Below, one piece after another: positions 8,010 to 13,748 of a stretch of 17,023 nt of DNA (position 1 is the stretch's first letter; the number at the start of each line of letters is the position of its first letter). Position numbers and translations under genes: made by a program. The DNA is from Candidatus Undinarchaeota archaeon (GTDB lineage: Archaea; SpSt-1190), in assembly GCA_964549355.1 (NCBI GenBank), contig CAZJUS010000013.1:1-17023 (forward strand), in the 5' to 3' direction. The notes below the pieces were generated by a model. That model made no database searches, was not told the origin of the DNA, and worked only from the letters and a program-made list of their open reading frames with translations.

Positions 8010-8668
8010 TGAATCAACTGCTCGCACTAATGGGAAGTTTAATTCTGCTCCTGCCCGGCGCCAAGCTCGGCAACGACTTCAAAGTCATAGACGGGGACAC
8101 CCTAGAGTTGGCGCAGGACAGCCAAAAAGTGCGGATTCTGGGCATAAATACGCCGGAAAGGGGTGAGAGATGCTATGAAGAAAGCAAAGAGGAGCTTGGC
8201 TATCTGCTGAATGAAAGCGTTGAACTGAAGAGGGATATCTCCAACAGGGATAAATACGGGCGCCTGCTCCGCCATTTGTTTTTTGGAAAAAACTTGTTGC
8301 AGGAAAAAATGGTGAGGGATGGATATGCAAAAGTTATGTGCGTCTGGCCAAACCAAATATATTGTGAACAGCTGATGAAGCTGGAACTCTCTGCTGTGAA
8401 TGAAGGGAGAGGATGTCTTTTCAAAAAATCAAACAACACCTGCCTCAAAATCACAGATGTTGACTGTGGCGGTTCTTGGTTCAAAATACAAAATACGTGC
8501 AAAATTGAGTTTGTGAATATTCTTGCCGAAAATCGTGGCAGGGACAAGGTGAAAATTTCACTTAAGCCTTTCGAAAACAAAACTGTCCATATACGATTAT
8601 TCAAAAAAGACGCAGTTTACTTGTTTGATGATTTTGGGCTCATCGATTTTGAACCTTGTTCACCGTAA
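8009..8668 (+). CDS. Thermonuclease (staphylococcal nuclease-like) with signal peptide and Cys-rich C-terminal extension
   Basis: VIDGDT, VRILGINTPE, DKYGRLL and MVRDGYA motifs; TAATG stop/start overlap with the upstream gene. Confidence 0.92.
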   Translation: MNQLLALMGSLILLLPGAKLGNDFKVIDGDTLELAQDSQKVRILGINTPERGERCYEESKEELGYLLNESVELKRDISNRDKYGRLLRHLFFGKNLLQEKMVRDGYAKVMCVWPNQIYCEQLMKLELSAVNEGRGCLFKKSNNTCLKITDVDCGGSWFKIQNTCKIEFVNILAENRGRDKVKISLKPFENKTVHIRLFKKDAVYLFDDFGLIDFEPCSP

Positions 8669-10325
8669 ACTGCTTGCTGTAGAGGGCTTCAAGCCGTGCA
8701 ACGCTGTCGGCGTCTCCAGGTGCTCGGTCGTCTCTGATTCTAATCAATCTTGGAAAACGCAGGGCGAATCCGCTCGAATAGTTGGTGCTTTTTTGAATCT
8801 CCTGATAGCCGACTTCAACCACGATTTTCGGCCGGAGTTTTACCTCTTTGCCCTTTTCTTCAACAATATCCGACTTAAGGGAGGAAGTTAGTTTTTCAAG
8901 GTCTTTGTCGGTCAAGCCTGTACCGAGCTTGCCAACATGAAGAAATTCGTCATTCGGCCCCCTTATCCCCAAAACAAAACTGCTCAGCCAGCTGGTCCTG
9001 CGCCCTTCCCCCCATTCCGCTCCGATAATGACCAGGTCCAAAGTCTCCACTTCCGGTTTGACTTTGTAGCCGTATCCGACTCGGTGGCCCGGCTTGTACG
9101 GCGACTTGAGATTCTTGACTATAACGCCTTCAACTCCTGCATCAAGAGCCTGCTGATAAAATTTTTCAAATTCACTTTTTTCTTTGCTTACCTTATAAGA
9201 AATAAGGTGGACAATCTCTCCGCTCTTGACAATGCTCCTAAGTTTTTCAAATCTCTGCTCAAGCGGGAGGGAAATTAAATTTTCTCCGTTAAGATACAAT
9301 AAATCAAATACATAGGTTTTCACAGGAAGTTCTTTTATCATTCTGTGAATGCTGTATTTTCTTTTGATGCGCTGGCTGATTTGCTGAAACGGAACAAAAC
9401 TGTTGTGAACGGGGTCAAACCCAACAGTTTCGCTGTCAATTATAAACTCATTAGCATCAATCTGCTCTTCAATTGCTTTTGCAACATCGGGAAATTGGTG
9501 CGTCACGTTGTCAAGACGGCGTGTGAATATTGAGACTTTCCCTTCTTTGGTTTTGTGAATCTGGGTCCTGAAGCCGTCATATTTGAATTCCACCTGCGCC
9601 GGCTTGTCGACCTTATCGAAAGCTTCCGAAAGGTTTGCAGCCTTTGGATAAAGCATGACCTTGATGGGCCTGCCGACCTCCATCTTCACATTTTCAAGAG
9701 CCTTCGCCCCTTTGGCTGCCAAGACTGCAACCTCTCCGTAATCATTCAGGACTGAATGGGCGTCCTCGACGACACCCGCATCAATTCCAAAAGCCTTTGC
9801 AATCGCATCCCGCAGGATGCCGTCCCCCACGCCCATCCTCAGCTGGCCGAGGGCAATCCGGACAGTGTAGAGGGCCTCCTCCGGGCTCGCGTTGCCTATG
9901 ATTTCCGCAACCAGGGCAATTTTCGCATCGACGCTCCCCGGCCCTTCGAGACTCGCTATTTTCTCAAGGCTCCTGTGGACTTTGCCCACAGTAAGGGCCT
10001 CTGAAAAAAGCGCCCTCTGCCGGCGCTTGGACATGAGGGCAGCTGCAACAGAGCCCAGGTCGCCTTTGATGCGGAGGAGGTCCAGTATCTCCCGTTTGGA
10101 TGCGCCGGTAGCCCTGGAAATTGCAGATATGACAGTCTTGTCCCCCACATTGATTTCCCTGTTCATCCAAGGAGGGAAGACATCGCCCCGGGTAAGATAG
10201 GAGACAGTCTTGAGCAGGCCGGCCGGAGTCTTCCTGAGCAGTTCGGCCAGTATGTCGGCCTTGGCGAGGGTGGAGCCGGTGTCCTCAAGACGCCTGAAGT
10301 ACTCAACCAGCTCCCTGTAGAACAT
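8640..10325 (-). CDS. lig: ATP-dependent DNA ligase
   Basis: Motif I EFKYDGFRTQIH, YVFDLLYLNG, EGVIVK, YKPGHR, LDLVIIGAEWGEGRR, GTG and ALRFPR; N-terminal DNA-binding domain; 561 aa. Confidence 0.98.
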   Translation of the reverse strand: MFYRELVEYFRRLEDTGSTLAKADILAELLRKTPAGLLKTVSYLTRGDVFPPWMNREINVGDKTVISAISRATGASKREILDLLRIKGDLGSVAAALMSKRRQRALFSEALTVGKVHRSLEKIASLEGPGSVDAKIALVAEIIGNASPEEALYTVRIALGQLRMGVGDGILRDAIAKAFGIDAGVVEDAHSVLNDYGEVAVLAAKGAKALENVKMEVGRPIKVMLYPKAANLSEAFDKVDKPAQVEFKYDGFRTQIHKTKEGKVSIFTRRLDNVTHQFPDVAKAIEEQIDANEFIIDSETVGFDPVHNSFVPFQQISQRIKRKYSIHRMIKELPVKTYVFDLLYLNGENLISLPLEQRFEKLRSIVKSGEIVHLISYKVSKEKSEFEKFYQQALDAGVEGVIVKNLKSPYKPGHRVGYGYKVKPEVETLDLVIIGAEWGEGRRTSWLSSFVLGIRGPNDEFLHVGKLGTGLTDKDLEKLTSSLKSDIVEEKGKEVKLRPKIVVEVGYQEIQKSTNYSSGFALRFPRLIRIRDDRAPGDADSVARLEALYSKQFTVNKVQNR

Positions 10326-10344
10326 GTTGGAAAAGGTCCTAAGG

Positions 10345-10390
10345 GGTTAAAAATATTATTAATCGGCAAAAACATTACGGTTATAAGTTT
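10345..10390. promoter_or_regulatory. Divergent promoter pair for lig (-) and nitroreductase (+)
   Basis: Minus-strand TTTTTAA (10353-10347) about 27 nt before the lig ATG; plus-strand TTATAAG (10381-10387) 24-27 nt before the GTG at 10405/10408. Confidence 0.6.
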
Positions 10391-10404
10391 CTGCGGGTCC
10401 TGCT

Positions 10405-10998
10405 GTGGTGGAAGTGCTCAAGGCCTTGAAAAAAACACGCTTGGTGGAAAACTTCAGCGGAAAGGACCTGGCGACTGAAGCCCTCCTCGAAATTCTCGAC
10501 GCCGCACGCTGGGCCATCAGCTTCCAGGGCATGCAGAGCTGGGAGGTCGTGGTGGTGAAGGACGAGGACAGAAAAAAAGAGCTGTCTGAAATTGCAGTCA
10601 AGGGCGAGCTGAAAAGGGCCTCGGTCCTGCTGGTCGTCTGCTCCAACCTGGAAAGGGCCAGATTCGCATTGGGCGAGGAGGGGGAGAGGGCATCCCTCAT
10701 TGAAGTTTCGGCCTTTGCGCAGAACATAGTGACCGCTTCAAGGCATTTCGGAGCCTCCTGCAGTGTCCTGGCAGATTTTGACAGCAAAAAGGTGCAGGAG
10801 TTCATAGAAAGCCCAAAAGGGATAGTGCCGGTTGTTATTCTGGGCCTGGGCTTCGCCTCACAGTACCCTGAAGTCAAAAGAGTCCCCATAACCACTTTTG
10901 TGCACACTGAAAAATTCGGCAGGCCGTGGAAGGGCTCCCTGGCATCCAAGTTTTCAAGCAGAAGCAACAAAGGCACTTTTATGCATATTTTTGGCTAG
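10405..10998 (+). CDS. Nitroreductase-family protein (divergent)
   Basis: EILDAARWAISFQGMQSWEVVVV, ASVLLVVC, SAFAQNIV, FDSKKVQEF and PVVILGLGF follow the family pattern, but the FMN-binding motifs are altered. Confidence 0.8.
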   Translation: MVEVLKALKKTRLVENFSGKDLATEALLEILDAARWAISFQGMQSWEVVVVKDEDRKKELSEIAVKGELKRASVLLVVCSNLERARFALGEEGERASLIEVSAFAQNIVTASRHFGASCSVLADFDSKKVQEFIESPKGIVPVVILGLGFASQYPEVKRVPITTFVHTEKFGRPWKGSLASKFSSRSNKGTFMHIFG

Positions 10999-11034
10999 TA
11001 GTGAACTATAACTGGTAAAGAGTGGTGAAAATGG

Positions 11035-11055
11035 GGAAAGATTTAAATACTTTCC
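11035..11055 (+). promoter_or_regulatory. trmB promoter: TATA box TTTAAATA inside the inverted repeat GGAAAG-N9-CTTTCC
   Basis: GGAAAG ATTTAAATA CTTTCC read directly; a downstream SD-like GGTGA precedes the ATG at 11089. Confidence 0.6.
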
Positions 11056-11088
11056 AAAGGTGTTATGATTCAAGTGTGGTGATTAAAT

Positions 11089-11874
11089 ATGATAGTACCT
11101 AAAAGGCTTGTGGACCGGGCGAGGCACTTTATGGGGACCAATCTCTATGAAACAAGGCTGTGGCTGGCATTGCTCAACCACGGCATCTCGACCGCCGGAG
11201 AGCTTGCCGAAGCTGCCGGCGTTCCCAGGTCGCGCAGCTACGATGTCCTCGAAAGCCTTTCCCAAAAAGGTCTGGTGGTAATCAAGTCTGAAGGCCGCCC
11301 GCTCAAATATGCTGCAGTCCCTCCCGAACAAGCCATAGACAATATAAAGAAATTTTATGAAATGACTGCCGAAAACAAAAAAGAAAGCCTCAACACTTTA
11401 AAGAACTCCAAAATGAACAGCGAACTCAAAGACATATACAAGAAAGGCGAGCAGGTCATGGACATACCCGAAATCACAGGACTCGTCCGCGAGAGGAACA
11501 ATGTGTTCTCCCAGCTGGCCACACTGCTGGGGAGGTCCATGGACACCGCCAGGGTCATGCTCACTGAATCCGACATTGCCGAAATCAACAAGTTTTACCT
11601 GGACGCCTTCAAGGAAGCCAAGGGCAGGGGTTCAAAGGTGCAGGTGCTCATACCCAAAGGTGCAAAGGCCGGTGAACTGGCCAAATACGCGGATGTAAAG
11701 GAAACCGACAAGCAGGTAACCCGCGGGATCATAGTGGATGGAAAGGAAACCATGATGATGTTCATGAATCCCAATGAAGTCCACCACAGCTTCGATGCCG
11801 GCGTCTGCGTCTCAAGCCCGCATGTAGCCGCCACAATGGACAAGCTCTTCGAAGGGGTTTGGAAGCATGAGTGA
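11089..11874 (+). CDS. TrmB-family transcriptional regulator or chromatin protein
   Basis: Winged HTH NLYETRLWLALL...TAGELAEAAGVPRSRSYDVLESLSQKGLV...GRPLKYAAVPP, a coiled-coil linker and a C-terminal effector-like domain (IIVDGKE). Confidence 0.93.
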   Translation: MIVPKRLVDRARHFMGTNLYETRLWLALLNHGISTAGELAEAAGVPRSRSYDVLESLSQKGLVVIKSEGRPLKYAAVPPEQAIDNIKKFYEMTAENKKESLNTLKNSKMNSELKDIYKKGEQVMDIPEITGLVRERNNVFSQLATLLGRSMDTARVMLTESDIAEINKFYLDAFKEAKGRGSKVQVLIPKGAKAGELAKYADVKETDKQVTRGIIVDGKETMMMFMNPNEVHHSFDAGVCVSSPHVAATMDKLFEGVWKHE

Positions 11875-12010
11875 AAAAGAAATCAAGCGGTGCAGGCACT
11901 GCAGATTTTTCCGCAGGGATTGGCACTGCTCATTCTACAGATTTGAACCGCCTTCGGCTGCGGATGACATCCAGTGCAAAAATTTTGTCGACAGCAAAGC
12001 CCGCCAGTGA
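11867..12010 (+). CDS. Small four-cysteine putative metal-binding protein (47 aa; absent from the ORF track)
   Basis: Hand translation gives MSEKEIKRCRHCRFFRRDWHCSFYRFEPPSAADDIQCKNFVDSKARQ*. The ATG overlaps the trmB end (ATGAGTGA), SD-like GAAGGGGT lies at 11851-11858, and the ORF fills the gap up to the convergent gene ending at 12018. Confidence 0.75.
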   Translation: MSEKEIKRCRHCRFFRRDWHCSFYRFEPPSAADDIQCKNFVDSKARQ

Positions 12011-12017
12011 ATCTCCG

Positions 12018-12593
12018 TCAGCGGTAGACTGCTTCCAGCTCCCCATCGACAGCTCTGACCAGACTCTGCCGGATCATCTCAAAATGGTCCCCGTCAAGTT
12101 CAGGGCGTTCCTGAAAAACAGCGCAGTGCACATGATACAAAAACTGGTAGAAAGCAACTGAGATATCGATGCAGCCGTGGAGGTATGCCTCCGCATTCTC
12201 TCTGGTCGTCGCAGCCTTCAGGACTTTGCCCTCCGGCAAATCCTGCAGCAAAAAAAGATACCAGTCCAGCCCTTCTGCTTTTGAAAGTTGCCTGGATTTT
12301 TTGAAAAGCGCATTTTCAGTTTTCCGGAGGGTGCGGTTCAACCCTTTTCTGATTGCAGTGTACCCTTCATACAACTCGGTGATTTTTTGGTGCGTTGGTT
12401 CCTGCCCGCCGATCTTTGCCCCTCCGAGCTTTATATCGTCGTAATCCTCCAGATCATAAAGTTCAAGCACATCCTTGAGGCCATCAAAACCTCCTCCAAG
12501 AAGCTTGCATTCCCTGCGGGCTTTTCGGGCGATGTCCTCTATAAAAACCTGCCTCACTTCCCGATACCGCCTGCCAAGCCCCACCAGCTTCAA
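12018..12593 (-). CDS. Hypothetical protein (about 191 aa, probably helical); true start may be the ATG at 12619 via a frameshift
   Basis: Long ORF with protein-like composition filling the interval; no family recognised. Confidence 0.65.
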   Translation of the reverse strand: MKLVGLGRRYREVRQVFIEDIARKARRECKLLGGGFDGLKDVLELYDLEDYDDIKLGGAKIGGQEPTHQKITELYEGYTAIRKGLNRTLRKTENALFKKSRQLSKAEGLDWYLFLLQDLPEGKVLKAATTRENAEAYLHGCIDISVAFYQFLYHVHCAVFQERPELDGDHFEMIRQSLVRAVDGELEAVYR

Positions 12594-12683
12594 CTCCTCT
12601 TTTTCTTCTTCTTGCCCATGGGAAGGCCCGGACAGGTGGATTAAAAACCATTCGGTCCCGTTTTATGGCTGTCCCGAGGAGAA

Positions 12684-12839
12684 TTTGTTTTGACCGACCT
12701 TTGCGAATCGACTCTTCGAGTCGACCACGTGTAGTTTCTACTTAGCTGCCTACCGAGCCTTGCGGGGCGAGGTAGGCATCGTGGTCCAGCTTTTTCCAAA
12801 AGTTTGTTTGGTCAAGCTTTTCGCGAAGCGAAAAGCTTG
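12684..12839. repeat. Cluster of palindromes and hairpins downstream of tRNA-Val (REP-like or structured RNA)
   Basis: TCGACTC-ttc-GAGTCGA (12708-12724); GACCACG/CGTGGTC (12723-12729/12780-12786) enclosing GTAG-ttt-CTAC and TGCCTACC/GGTAGGCA; AGCTTTT-tcc-AAAAGTT; CAAGCTTTTCGC-gaa-GCGAAAAGCTTG (12813-12839). Confidence 0.75.
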
Positions 12840-12911
12840 GGGCCGCCCGGATTTGAACCGGGGACCTTCGCCATGTCAAGGCGACGTCATAACCATCTAG
12901 ACCACGGCCCC
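12838..12911 (-). tRNA. tRNA-Val(GAC), no intron, CCA not encoded
   Basis: Reverse complement folds as GGGGCCG TG GTCT AGATGGTTA TGAC G TCGCC TT-GAC-AT GGCGA AGGTC CCCGG TTCAAAT CCGGG CGGCCCC A. Confidence 0.97.
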
Positions 12912-12935
12912 CCTCGACGCTTCTAGTAAACCTGA

Positions 12936-12947
12936 AGTTTTTAAAAC
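12936..12947. promoter_or_regulatory. Possible bidirectional TATA element shared by tRNA-Val (-) and the nucleoside phosphorylase gene (+)
   Basis: GTTTTTAAAAC reads TTTAAAA on both strands; about 26 nt from the ATG at 12966 and about 34 nt from tRNA position 1. Confidence 0.55.
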
Positions 12948-12965
12948 TTGCATTCGTTGGATTCC

Positions 12966-13724
12966 ATGGCAGGAAAAGAGAATTGGGAGATTTTCGACGA
13001 AAGGGGTTTGGAGGATTTTATCAAAGAAGATGTCCTCATTTCCCCATTTGGAGAATCGCATTATATTTCATATATGCTGTCCAGATTCAAAATAATTGAT
13101 GAGCTGGAACTGGGCTTCTTTGACCAAAAAATTTACAACGTCAGGTACAAAGACAAGGAATTCACCTTCATTTACTCGGGGCTCGGGCCTTCGAACGCTG
13201 AAATTACAATGTCAATCCTGCTGAAAAAATCAAACTTCAAAAATGCAATCCTGGTCGGGTCCTCAGGTGGAAGAAAAAAAGACATCATGCCTGGAGAGCT
13301 GGTAATCCCTGAAGCCTTCGGTTCGGAAGAAGACGTGTCGGCCGCCGCAAGTGAGCCCGACTACTTTGGCGAATCGGGAAAGGGGTATTACAGGACATCA
13401 AAGAAAACAAGACAGACTATGATGGAAATTGCAAAGGAAAAAGGAATCACCTACCAGAATGGGACAGTCGTCACAACATCTTCACTCCTCAAGCAAGAGA
13501 ATTTGAAATATGACAAAAGCAATATTTCAGTCGATATGGAAGGTGCGGCGTTCGCAGCAGGCGCCAAGGCACTGGGAAAAAATTTTGGTGCGTGCATGTG
13601 GATCTCAGACAGCCCGGAAAACCAAAAACTGCTGAAAGACCCCAGAGACGCAATTATGAAAAGGGCAATTGACAATTGTCTTGAGATTGCATACGGAACT
13701 TTCTCGAAATTAGATAATATTTAA
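12966..13724 (+). CDS. Nucleoside phosphorylase/hydrolase family protein (PNP/UDP/MTAN fold)
   Basis: SGLGPSNA, ILVGSSGG, PGELVIP, GTVVTT, SVDMEGAAF and ISD motifs. The ATG at 12966 is preferred to the TTG at 12948, which abuts the TATA box. Confidence 0.88.
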   Translation: MAGKENWEIFDERGLEDFIKEDVLISPFGESHYISYMLSRFKIIDELELGFFDQKIYNVRYKDKEFTFIYSGLGPSNAEITMSILLKKSNFKNAILVGSSGGRKKDIMPGELVIPEAFGSEEDVSAAASEPDYFGESGKGYYRTSKKTRQTMMEIAKEKGITYQNGTVVTTSSLLKQENLKYDKSNISVDMEGAAFAAGAKALGKNFGACMWISDSPENQKLLKDPRDAIMKRAIDNCLEIAYGTFSKLDNI

Positions 13725-13748
13725 TAAAGCTCAAAACAAGCCAAAACT

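Noticed and set aside
11871..12161. 96-aa ORF from the track downstream of trmB
   Set aside because: It overlaps the convergent gene by 144 bp and has no motifs; the 47-aa four-Cys ORF in another frame fits the gap better.
12723..12790. H/ACA guide RNA (suggested by cbf5 in the window) or HDV-like tRNA-trailer ribozyme
   Set aside because: No ACA box after the stem, no two-sided pseudouridylation pocket and no 3-nt K-turn bulge; I could not build the nested double pseudoknot on the tRNA strand.
12684..12839. CRISPR array
   Set aside because: The repeated units are degenerate and irregularly spaced, with no spacer pattern and no cas genes.
12018..12911. Integrated element at tRNA-Val
   Set aside because: I found no duplicate of the tRNA 3' end and no integrase or transposase in the window.
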